From Monocercomonoides exilis PA203 (lineage: Eukaryota > Protista > Preaxostyla): a stretch of DNA of 64,000 nucleotides. Where the stretch lies: positions 1,983,600 to 2,047,599 of the forward strand of contig LSRY02000007.1 of assembly GCA_001643675.2 (NCBI GenBank), written 5' to 3'. Made by a program: the position numbers and the translations under genes. Below, one piece after another: positions 12,751 through 23,268 of this stretch (position 1 is the first letter of the stretch; each line of letters begins with the position of its first letter). The notes below the pieces were generated by a model that saw only the letters and a list, made by a program, of their open reading frames with translations, did not search any database and was not told where the DNA came from.

Positions 12751-14788
12751 ATGATATTGAAGCATATGTTTATCGATTTGAATGAAGTGAAAAAATGGCT
12801 TTTTTCCAATAAACTCTTTTATCCAAAAAAATTTCTCAGTTTTTCTCCCTCTTTCCCAGCTCGTCCCCACCATTATCTCAGATCCTCTCTCCCTCCCTCT
12901 CCCTTTCTCTTTGTTCCATTCATTTCAACCATTTCCATTCATTCAGCATCCCATTCTCCTCTTTTCTTCAATTCAAGAATTCCACATTGCCCATCTCATC
13001 ATCAAATTTGTCTTTCCTCTTCCAAATGAGCAATCACACATTCAGCATTCAACAACTCATCCATTTTGTGTGCTCTTGAGCAGAATTCTGTTGCATTCTA
13101 TTTGTTGTGGCGCAATTGTTTGTTGGCTCATCAAAACTCATTCAAAACTCGGTTCAGTTGATGAAACATCTGCAACATTTGCATACATTCAGATGAAATG
13201 AATGAAGCTGTTTCTTTGAAGAAATAAATAACATCATTGAAGATGTTTGCGTGTGGTTTGATCAAGTGAAAACTTGTGTATTGGATGAAGTGCATCAATT
13301 GCTTAAGTTGATAAGAAATATGGAAGAAGAAGATGTTTGCAACAAATGAAATGAAATGAGCCAGATGAACTCTTCAGAGGAAGGTGAATGGCAAAGGCGA
13401 GGAAGAAGTCTCATTGTGAACAAATAGTTTTGCATTTGACCACGCTGCATATCGAAAAAGCAACGAGTGAAAGAACTAAAGATGACGAAGAAGAAAAAGT
13501 TGGCTTTCTTTCCAGATGGTGGGTAAAAAGAGGGAGAGTTGGATTTCTGTGTGAATGAAAATATGAAGCACTTATTTATCATAAAAAACGCCCAATCCAA
13601 TCAATCAAATTGAAGAAAAAAGGAAAATGAGGAACTTAACCAAACATCAAAGCACGTTTATTGAATCCAAAATAACAACAAAAAATTGGCAAACTCGTTC
13701 CTTGTTGCAATATGAGAATTTGATGGCCATTCAAACAACAAATTCTCAAATACGAAAAAGGCCTTCTTTCCATCAGTCAAATCAAAAAAAATCTCGTCAA
13801 TGAAGAAATCGAAGGAGAAGGAGAAGAAACAAAGCAATCTACAAAAATGCAACTTGAAATGAATTGTCTCCTTGGAATGAAGTTCAACATCAAAAATGCC
13901 GTTTGTTGGAATGAGAAAAAAAGATGAAAAATAAAAATAAGTAAAGCATAGATTTAAAAAAATTCTTCAAAAGAACACACATGCACTTTCTGTTACAAAA
14001 ACAGAAGATTGTCCAATCACTGATGCTGCCATTCTCCTTTTCCATTGTTTCCCTGTGCTCCTTTCTCCATCATCCTTTTCCCCACATAAATATCCAACTT
14101 TTGATGTTGTAGTTAACTTTCCTCATCAAAAACATATCTCCGAATTCTATTCTTTCCAATAACTGTCCAATTGTTGTCATTCCATTTCGCTCTCATCAAA
14201 ATGCTTTGAAATTGAATTTATTTTCATCCCCTCTCCCAACTGAATACAAAAAATTTGCAATTCTCATTTGCTGATTGTCTCTCTGCATCCGGCACCCTTC
14301 TGATATTCTCCTCAGAAAAACAAAAGAATAGCAATTTATTTTATTTTATCAGATTCTTGCACTCTGAAAAGATGGTTTATAAAAGTATCTTCTAAACAAA
14401 CAGGAACAATAAAAAACGCACACATGCAAATATTTTGATTTTTAAAAAACAGTTGAATTTCCTTCAATGATGCTTTTCATAAAAATCATCTCGCTCAATT
14501 CCATCATCGATGCCTTGAAGTCGCTGTCTCGTGCAACCTCTCAAAATAATATCGCCCATTCCGCAGAAAATACTTGTTCACCGTCTCTCATTTTAACAAT
14601 GAATATTATTGTTCTTATAAATCTGATGATCCGAATATCCATTACTGCAAACAAGAAAAAAGATTTATCGTATTTTCTTTCTTTCTTTGTAACGCCTTGT
14701 CAAATTATACCAAAAACAAGAATAGTATAACAACTTGAATTTTCATGGTTGTTTTGAGTTAATATTTTGCACCATTTTCTTCTATCCA

Positions 14789-16283
14789 ATGATATTTGAA
14801 TTCAATGCAAATAACGTATTTTCGTTGTTTTCTGTAAGCAATGCATTTTCAAAATTGCAGAGGATATCTGTCAGAACAAAGTTCAATGGTTTGCAATCAT
14901 TATCGCATTTGAATTGTTGCTTATTGTATTTCTTTCTTTCTTTCTTTTTTAAAAGAATTGTTTTCTGAGCTGGAGTATTGCAATGAAGATGAACAGAGAC
15001 AGAAAATCGGAGAAATGAATGAAATGATTGATGAAATGGATAAAGAAGAATTTAAATCAGTTTTCACAAAAGAACTGATCAATAAAATACTCAATATGAT
15101 TGAAGAAAGGAAAATATGTTTGGGAAATACAATTTTTTTGCTGAAACATGCTGGATATTGTGCTGCGCTGAAAAATGAATGGAGTCGATGTTTTGAAGAA
15201 TCTTCGTTGAACGAAAGATTTGAAGCGATGATTATTGAAGAAGAAAAGAAAAAAGAAGAAAAGAATGAAAAGCTTCTTGTTGACCTTTGTGAATGTTATG
15301 CTTTGCTGGGTGAGAATGACATTTTTAGTGAAGTTCTTTCAATCATTGTGCCTTGCCTTCTGAAGGTTGCCTCAAAGAAAGAGGGAAACGAGGAGACTCA
15401 AAAAGAAGTGGAAATGGCTTTGCCGGCTTTAAGTAATGTTAACGCATATTATGTATGTTCACTTCCATTTCCTTTTTGACGTTATAGAATTGTATTTTGC
15501 CCCTTTTTTGCAAAGGAAATGAAAAGAGATCTGTATCTGAACGAAATCAAAGAGACTATGAAATATCACCAGGAACATCGGAATCTAACTCAATTGTCAT
15601 ATCAATCGGCTTGGCAGTTTTTATACAACAGAAATTTCTTCTTCAATGAGCTGGAAAGCGTAATTGTGAATGAGCTGCATTGTGCGAGAGAAGCAGCAAG
15701 AGAATTGGAAGAGCTGTCAAGAAATGTGGATTGGAAGAAGAAAGGAGGAGAGAAAATGAACAAAGAAGAAACGAAAAAAGAGGTTATTTTGACAAGATGG
15801 ATTGAAACATTCTCGATTTATTTTCGCGATTGCCGATTGAGGAATGAAGAATATATTTGCCTTTTAAGCAGAATTGTTCAGATATATCGAGCAGCAAAAG
15901 GGAATAATGGAGTAATTAGCATTCTCTGCATTCAGTCCTTGAGAACTGCATCAGATTATGGAGTTGTGAAAGTTGAAGACTTGTTGAAAAGCGGTGCTAT
16001 TGATGCTGTTTTGGAGGAGTTGAACCGACCAACGTTGAATGAAGACATGACAAATGGATGCTTACAATTCTTCACGAATGTTTCGGAAAGATTGAACGAA
16101 AAGAATAAAGATGAAAAGGAAGAAGAGGAAAGAAAGGTAGCGAAAATGGAAATGTTTGAAAAGCTGGAAGAAGAAGGATTCGAAGATATCATTACAGGCT
16201 TTCATGAAACTTTCGAGTTTTTTCAAAGAAATTATGATTGTGGTTTGTCATTGAATGCTGAAGATTATTTTGTGAATGCTTAA
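14789..16283 (+). CDS. Multicopy alpha-helical hypothetical protein (copy 2), 4 exons
   Basis: Exons 14789-14815, 14861-14888, 14956-15452 and 15516-16283 join in frame via GT-AG introns (MIFEFNANN|RISVRTKFNE|LFSELEYC...NAYY|EMKRDL...EDYFVNA*). Paralogous to 26274-27764. Confidence 0.8.
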
Positions 16284-17515
16284 TAAAGCAAAACTTTATA
16301 TTTTGTTTCTCAAAAGTTCAGATTTTCTTTTTTCATCATTTCACAAGAAAGAAAACAATTGAATTGCGTTTAAAGAGTCTATTTTTTCTTAACTTCAAAA
16401 TGGAACAAAGCAACAAAAGAAAGAAAGAAAGAAAAAAGAAAAGAAATGAAGAAGAGATAAGAAGAAAGGGATGGGAGGGAAATAGAAAGTGAAAATGATG
16501 GAAAGGAAAAGAATGATTTTTTCAGCAACGGAGATTAGAAGTGCATGAAACAAACACACCATACCAAAATTGATGGATTGAATGAGAGAAGAGTGAACGA
16601 TATGGATGGAATTCTATTTCTTGTAAAAGGAAATGAAAGAAGGATTTATTGGAAAGGGAAGGAATTTTTGTGAGAAAAGGCAAATGTTGATTAATTTGGA
16701 TAAGAAAATGTTTGATTGAAGGGTATTTCGGAGAGAGCATCAGCAGATTCAAACAAACAGGAGAAGAAAATGAAGAAGACAGAGAAAAAGAGGCAACAAG
16801 TGAGACATGAAAAGGAGTTGGAGGAAGAACAAGAGTGATGACATGAGAACAAGGAACGAAAAGGAGGGGGAGGAAGAAACAAGATGGAGTAGAATAATTA
16901 GAAGATGTTATTTCAGGAAGGAAACTGATGTTGGAGCAGCTGACACGATTTCGTAGAAAAGCGAAGAAGAGGAAAGAGGAATGAAGCAAACGTTGGATGA
17001 GCAATCAACAGGGTTCTTTGTTTGCAACAAGGAGAGCGAGGTGGGGAGCAGAGGGAAGCTCTGTTTCAACGAGAGCATCACTCAGAATCCATCTTGTCTT
17101 CCCTTCCTTCCTCCGCCTCATTTCAGCTGCTTTCTTGTTATTTTCTTTCTTTCTTTTTTTTTTTCCTGAAGAAGCTGCTTTTGCAGCATCAAACTTGTGG
17201 GATGAGCCCATCTTTGAAATAAAAAAATAAAAAAAAAGATTTGTTTTGTTTTTCATGTTTTTATTCTTGTTCATCGGCACACTTTCCTGTGCTCCAAACA
17301 AAGTGAGATGCAAAACAAAGCATCCAAGTCATTTCACTTTGACTGATGTGCCAGTCAAATAAATGAAAAATGAAAAAAAAAGGGGAAATATATCCAATCC
17401 AGCAGAGGAAGGACTTTGCGGCTTTCCTGCTGAGATGGAAAGCGCTTTCGCCTGAACAAGGCAAAAGCGAATAGCGAAAATCAAAAAAACAACGGAATAA
17501 ATTAACAAATGAACA

Positions 17516-17715
17516 AAAATATTAATTAAAATATTAATTAAAATATAAATTAAAATATAAATTAAAATATAAATTAAAATATAAATTAAAATATAAATTA
17601 AAATATAAATTAAAATATAAATTAAAATATAAATTAAAATATAAATTAAAATATAAATTAAAATATAAATTAAAATATAAATTAAAATATAAATTAAAAT
17701 ATAAATTAAAAAATT
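17516..17715. repeat. 12-bp minisatellite (AAAATATAAATT)n
   Basis: Reverse complement of the 8240-8410 array. Confidence 0.95.
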
Positions 17716-18309
17716 AATATAAACAACGACTAAACCAACTTGTAACTACAAAAATAAAATCATCATTGGAAAAGTCGAGTTAAATTGACCATCAAAATAG
17801 ACAAATCAAAAAATACAATAAAACGTCTAATAATCTTTAACCATCACAAATATCAAATGTCAAAAGCCTTTCTCTCCTCTTCCCCTTCTTCTCCTCCACC
17901 CTCGAACTCATCCCAAGGCTTTTTTGTAAATAGTGAATGGTGAGTGATGAATGATGAGCGATGAATGGTGAATAGTGGAACAGTGAACAGTGAACAGTGA
18001 GTGATGAATGATAAGATACGTGAATAGTGTGCATATACAATTTAAACACATATATACATACGCATATGTATTTCATTTCACCGTCAGCAACAATATTGTG
18101 AATGGCTAATTATGCAAAATGCAAAATGCAAAATGCAAAAACACAAAAACACAAAAATGAAAAAATACAAAAACACAAAAATGAAAAAATACAAAAATGC
18201 AAAAAATACAAAAATGAAAATATCAATTAAAATTTAAGAATATTACTCCTCTCCTCCATTCTCCCTTTCTTCCCTTCTCCTCTTCTCCACTTCTCTGATG
18301 CCATCTCTC

Positions 18310-21300
18310 TTACACATTGTTACTCATCTCTTGTTCCTTGTCTTTACCAACACCATCCGAGTTGTACTTCGATCTTCTCTTCTTTACAACCACCATCACC
18401 ACGATCACTATCACAACCACTGCTATAACAAACACAATCGGCACCACAACCGCCACAGCAATCACTCCTGCGTTTGCCTTCCGTTCATCTTTCTTCCCTG
18501 GTTCAGGCTCTGGCTCTGGATCCTTCTTCTCCTTCAGATACTTCTCATACACATCCTCTGGCTCAGCATTCTCATCTGCTGCTCCAACAACCCACCCTGC
18601 TTCCCTTTCGTCGTAGTTCTTTGCAAACTCAAATGCATTATCCTGCTTGCTGAACGCATCAAAATCTGCTGCCACAATGCACAACGATGCTCCTGAATTC
18701 CCTTTCCCGCTGTTCGTCCCGTCAATCTCCAGTTTGTTCTCTCCTGGAAGCTCAAGATTCCCACTCACATGCTTCATTTCAATATATATCGCACCCGACT
18801 TCCCGTTTTCTGCCTTGCACTCCTTGAATGTGCATGCCTTTTCCCTTCCCATCTTCACCTTCGAATTCTCCTCTCCCAACGCTATCTCCACCCCTGCCGT
18901 CTTTCCACTCTTCGACTTCACCTCTTCCATCTTCACCCCTTCAACAACCACAACTGTCCCTTTTATCTCTTCTGTCCCTTCATTCTTTTTGTTCTCTTTT
19001 CCTTCTCCTTTTATTCCATTCTTGATGCTCATCGCTGCACCTTCTTCCACTTCCACCTTCTTCACTTCCACATCCTCAATCACAACTTCCTTTGCTCCTT
19101 CAACCAAAAACGGAATTGCTTTGAACAAAACTGTTTTCTCATCATCAATACATTTAGCTCCTGTCATCTTCAGTGAGCCTGCACTCACTTTCACAAGATG
19201 GATTCCAACAATATCTCCTGTTGTAGGTCGTACAAAGTCACAGTTCAATATTGAAAGCGATGTTGACTCTGCATCAGCATGAATAAGCGCTAATCCATCT
19301 GCATTGGCTTTCAATTCACCTTCATCTTGCGTAATTGTTGCTGAGAAGTCAAAAATCAAATTCTTGAATGCCACCGTTTTCTCGCATGTAAATAAATCGT
19401 TTTCAGCTGTTACTGTGCAGTCAATTTTTGCTTTCTCGTTTGCTCCTTCTGCCTCTGTAATTCCCTCAATCGTGATTCCCGATGTTTTATCAAGTGTCAT
19501 TGCATCAGGTTTCAGAGCTGTGGTTTCAGTTTCAGCTTTGATGACTTTAATGGAAAATCCTTGATCGCTCGTTTCTGCAAGCAATTCATACGCTCCTTTC
19601 AAACTGCCAATTGGTGCTTCCTTCCTCACTCCTTCTCCTTTCCCTCCACTCTTCACAAATACCTCTGTCGGTCGATCAAAATATTTTAACGTGAAATCAA
19701 CATCAGCATCACTTTCTCCTTTTGCAGCAACAAACCATCGATAATCATTAAGTGTGTAACCAGCTGCAAAGCTTTTCTTCATTTCATCTGCAATATTTTC
19801 ATGAAGTTCTGTTTTCACTTCCAGATACAATCCTGTGTTCTTTTCAGCATTCGAAGTTGGATCGGTTTCTTCTGCCGTGCATTCAGTAAATGCCAAGTTG
19901 GTCCCTGTTGTTGGCCAACTTAATTTGGAAGCATCGCCAATTTCCGTCATTTTCAGATAGATTCCTCCTGATTTTCCATTTTCGCAGGTGCATTTAGTAA
20001 ATGTTGTTGCACCTGTATCTCCAATCTCAAATGAACTTCCAGCATTTTCGCTTTCAACATAAAGGGCTCCACTTGTTGCTGTTTCATCACTTGAAGAGCA
20101 TTCTGTAAATGTGCATCCATCAACTTTCACTGAAATAGCTGCATCTGTTTTCCCAACAATTTTCACCACAGCACTTGTGGTCGATGTAATCTTCTTTAAA
20201 TTCAATGACTTCAATGAAACTGTTGCTGCTTCAACCAGAAATGGAATTACAGTAAACTTTGCGGTATTCGTTTCATCACTGCACTCAACTTCGTTCACAG
20301 TCAATGTTCCCGCGCTAACTTTCACAAGATGGATACCAACTGTTTCTTCATCTGCGTTTGAAAGCATCCCAAGTTTATCAGTTGGTGTTGGCCGAACAAA
20401 TCTGCATTTCACAATGCTCAATTCTGCATCTTCACCGTCTGTAGCTATCAATGCAAATGGTCCTGTCACTTCTGGGCCATCATTCTTCGCTTGTTCTCCT
20501 TCCAATGTCGATGGGAAGTTGAAGACAAGACTCCTGAACTCAACTTTCTTCTTGCAAGTGAACAGATCTTTATTTGATTTTGCGTCACAATCAATCTCCA
20601 CTTCTGTCTCAATCACTTCGGCTTCTCCATTTGCTTCGTCAGTTTTTTGAACACCCACAATCGTAAGCAATGATAATTTATCAAGTGTTATAGCTTCAGC
20701 TTTGTATGCAGCATCCGTTTTGATGATGTTGACTTTGAAGTTTTCTTCTCCAACACCCTCTCCAAACAATTTGTATGCTGAATCCAGTTTTTTCTTTGGT
20801 GTTGCATAGCTCAATCCATCTTTGTTATCATCGTCTTCTTTTGCACTTACATATGCGTCTGTAATCGGATCAAAATACACTTCTGTGAAATCAACTTCAG
20901 AGCTATCGTCGGTTCCTTTTGCAACAACAATGCCTTTATTTTCATTTTTCTTGTATCCAGATGCAAAACTTTTCTTCATTTCTTTTGCTATGTCTCTATG
21001 AATTTTTACTGGCACATTCAAATATAATGCTGTGTTCTTTTCAGTATTCGAAGTTGCATCTTCTTCTGAAACCTTGCACCCAGTGAATTCCAAGTTGGTT
21101 CCTGTTGTTGGCCACGATAATTGAGTTGCTTCTGTTATTGCAGTCATTTCCAGATATATTGCTCCTGATTTCCCCTTTGCACATGCGCAACCATCGAATT
21201 TTGTTTTTCCGTTATCTTCAACTGAAAATGTGCTTCCTGCATGTTTGCTCTTCACATGCAATGCTCCACTTGAAGTTGTTTCTGTAGCATCGTTTGAAAC

Positions 21301-23268
21301 ACATTCTGTAAATGTGCAGCTGTCCAATTTCACAGAAACAGCTGCTTCATCTTTTCCAACAATTTTCACAACGGGACTTTCTTTTGATGTGATCTTCTTT
21401 AAATTCAATGATTTCAATGAAACACTCGTTACTGCTCCTTCAATCAAAAATGGTGTCACTGAAAATTTCACTTCTTTATCCGATATACACTCAACAGTAT
21501 CTATCGTCAATGAACCAGCGCTAACTTTTATGAGATGAAATTTAACTTCTTCCTCAGCATTTGAAAGCATCCCACGTGTATTTGCTGGTGTTGTTTGCTT
21601 AAACTCGCAGTTTGAAATTGTAAGTGACGTTGATTCACTCCCTGTAGATACTAATGCAAATGTTCCTTCATCATTTGATTCAGATTCATTACTTTCTTCT
21701 TCCAGATTTGCTGAGAAGACAAAAATCAAATTCTTGAATGCCACCGTTTTTTTGCATGTAAATAAATCGCTTTCACCTGTTATTGAGCAATCAATTTTTG
21801 CTTTCTCGTTTGCTCCTTCTGCCTCTGTAATACCTTCAATCGTAATTTCTGATGCTTTATCAAGTGTCATTGCTTCGGGTTTCAGAGCAGAGGTTTCGCC
21901 ATCGCCATTGATGACTTTAATGGAAAGTCCACCTTCATTTGTGTCAGAAAGCAAATCATACGCTTCTTTCAAACTTCCAATAGGTCCATCTCGAGAAACT
22001 CCTTCTCCTTCCCCTTCACTCTTCACAAATACCTCTGTCGGTTGATCAAAATATTTTAACGTGAAGTCAACATCATTTGTATCTGCTCCTTTTGCAACAA
22101 CAAACCATCGATTATTTTCAAGTGTGTAACCAGCCGCAAAACTGCTTTTCATCGCATCTGCAATGTTTTCATGAAGCTCGGCTTTCACTTCCAGATACAA
22201 TCCGGTTGATCTACTTGAGTTTGCTGCACATCCAGAAAATACCAGATTAGATCCAGTTGTTGGCCATTTCAATTTGGAAGCGTCGCCAATTTTGTCCATT
22301 TTCAGATAGATTCCTCCTGATTTTCCGTTTGCACATGTACATTTAGTAAATGTTGTTATTCCATTATTTTCAATCGTAAATGTGCTATCTTCTGAGGAAC
22401 TTTCAACATAAAGGGCTCCACTTGTTGCTGTTTCTGGACTGCTTGAAACGCAATCTGTAAATGTGCATCCATCAACTTTCACTGAAATAGCTGCATCTGT
22501 TTTGCCAACAATTTTCACCGCAGCACTTGAACTTGATGTAATCTTGCTCAATTTCAACGATGTCAATGAAACAGCCGTCACTGCTGTTGTTGCACCGTCA
22601 ATCAAAAATGGTGTTGCTGAAAATTTCAATTCGCTCTCCGAAGTGCACTCAACAGTATCAATCGTCAATGATCCTGCACTCACTTTTACAAGATGAAATT
22701 TAACTTCTTCCCCAGCATTCGAAAGCATCCCACATGTATTTTCTGGTGTTGTTTCCTTAAACTCGCAGTTTGAAATTGTAAGTGATGTTGATTCTGCATC
22801 AGCGTGAATAAGCGCTAATCCATCTGCATTGGCTATCAATTCACCCTCGTCTTCTTGTTTTGTTGTAAAGTCAAAAATCAAATTCTTGAATGTCACTGTT
22901 TTCTCGCACTTGAATAAATCGTTTTCAGCTGTTATTGCGCAGTCAATTTCAGCTTTCTCGTTTGTTCCTTCTGCCTCTGTAATTCCTTCAATCGTGATTC
23001 CAGATGTTTTATTAAATGTTATTGCTTCAGCTTCAAGAGCATTGTTTTCATCATTTGCCTTGATAACTTTTATTGTGAGTTCACCTTCACTTTCGTCAGT
23101 AAGCAAATCATAGGCGTCATTCAAACTTCCAATAGGTGCATCAAATGTCTTTCCATCCCCATCAGCTGCCCCACTTTTGACAAACGCTTCCACAATTGGA
23201 GCATCTTGTGCACTGATTTGAATCAGAATAGAAAACGAAACAAATATCGCTGAAATAATTCCTGTCAT
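18310..23268 (-). CDS. Large type-I membrane surface protein (~1652 aa) with four ~390-aa modules
   Basis: Intronless paralog of 3826-7641 with an identical C-terminal ~390 aa, TM helix and tail. Signal peptide IISAIFVSFSILIQISA. Confidence 0.9.
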   Translation of the reverse strand: MTGIISAIFVSFSILIQISAQDAPIVEAFVKSGAADGDGKTFDAPIGSLNDAYDLLTDESEGELTIKVIKANDENNALEAEAITFNKTSGITIEGITEAEGTNEKAEIDCAITAENDLFKCEKTVTFKNLIFDFTTKQEDEGELIANADGLALIHADAESTSLTISNCEFKETTPENTCGMLSNAGEEVKFHLVKVSAGSLTIDTVECTSESELKFSATPFLIDGATTAVTAVSLTSLKLSKITSSSSAAVKIVGKTDAAISVKVDGCTFTDCVSSSPETATSGALYVESSSEDSTFTIENNGITTFTKCTCANGKSGGIYLKMDKIGDASKLKWPTTGSNLVFSGCAANSSRSTGLYLEVKAELHENIADAMKSSFAAGYTLENNRWFVVAKGADTNDVDFTLKYFDQPTEVFVKSEGEGEGVSRDGPIGSLKEAYDLLSDTNEGGLSIKVINGDGETSALKPEAMTLDKASEITIEGITEAEGANEKAKIDCSITGESDLFTCKKTVAFKNLIFVFSANLEEESNESESNDEGTFALVSTGSESTSLTISNCEFKQTTPANTRGMLSNAEEEVKFHLIKVSAGSLTIDTVECISDKEVKFSVTPFLIEGAVTSVSLKSLNLKKITSKESPVVKIVGKDEAAVSVKLDSCTFTECVSNDATETTSSGALHVKSKHAGSTFSVEDNGKTKFDGCACAKGKSGAIYLEMTAITEATQLSWPTTGTNLEFTGCKVSEEDATSNTEKNTALYLNVPVKIHRDIAKEMKKSFASGYKKNENKGIVVAKGTDDSSEVDFTEVYFDPITDAYVSAKEDDDNKDGLSYATPKKKLDSAYKLFGEGVGEENFKVNIIKTDAAYKAEAITLDKLSLLTIVGVQKTDEANGEAEVIETEVEIDCDAKSNKDLFTCKKKVEFRSLVFNFPSTLEGEQAKNDGPEVTGPFALIATDGEDAELSIVKCRFVRPTPTDKLGMLSNADEETVGIHLVKVSAGTLTVNEVECSDETNTAKFTVIPFLVEAATVSLKSLNLKKITSTTSAVVKIVGKTDAAISVKVDGCTFTECSSSDETATSGALYVESENAGSSFEIGDTGATTFTKCTCENGKSGGIYLKMTEIGDASKLSWPTTGTNLAFTECTAEETDPTSNAEKNTGLYLEVKTELHENIADEMKKSFAAGYTLNDYRWFVAAKGESDADVDFTLKYFDRPTEVFVKSGGKGEGVRKEAPIGSLKGAYELLAETSDQGFSIKVIKAETETTALKPDAMTLDKTSGITIEGITEAEGANEKAKIDCTVTAENDLFTCEKTVAFKNLIFDFSATITQDEGELKANADGLALIHADAESTSLSILNCDFVRPTTGDIVGIHLVKVSAGSLKMTGAKCIDDEKTVLFKAIPFLVEGAKEVVIEDVEVKKVEVEEGAAMSIKNGIKGEGKENKKNEGTEEIKGTVVVVEGVKMEEVKSKSGKTAGVEIALGEENSKVKMGREKACTFKECKAENGKSGAIYIEMKHVSGNLELPGENKLEIDGTNSGKGNSGASLCIVAADFDAFSKQDNAFEFAKNYDEREAGWVVGAADENAEPEDVYEKYLKEKKDPEPEPEPGKKDERKANAGVIAVAVVVPIVFVIAVVVIVIVVMVVVKKRRSKYNSDGVGKDKEQEMSNNV

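Noticed and set aside
12520-12873. Poly-Leu/Arg/Phe ORFs
   Set aside because: Translations of a GAA microsatellite.
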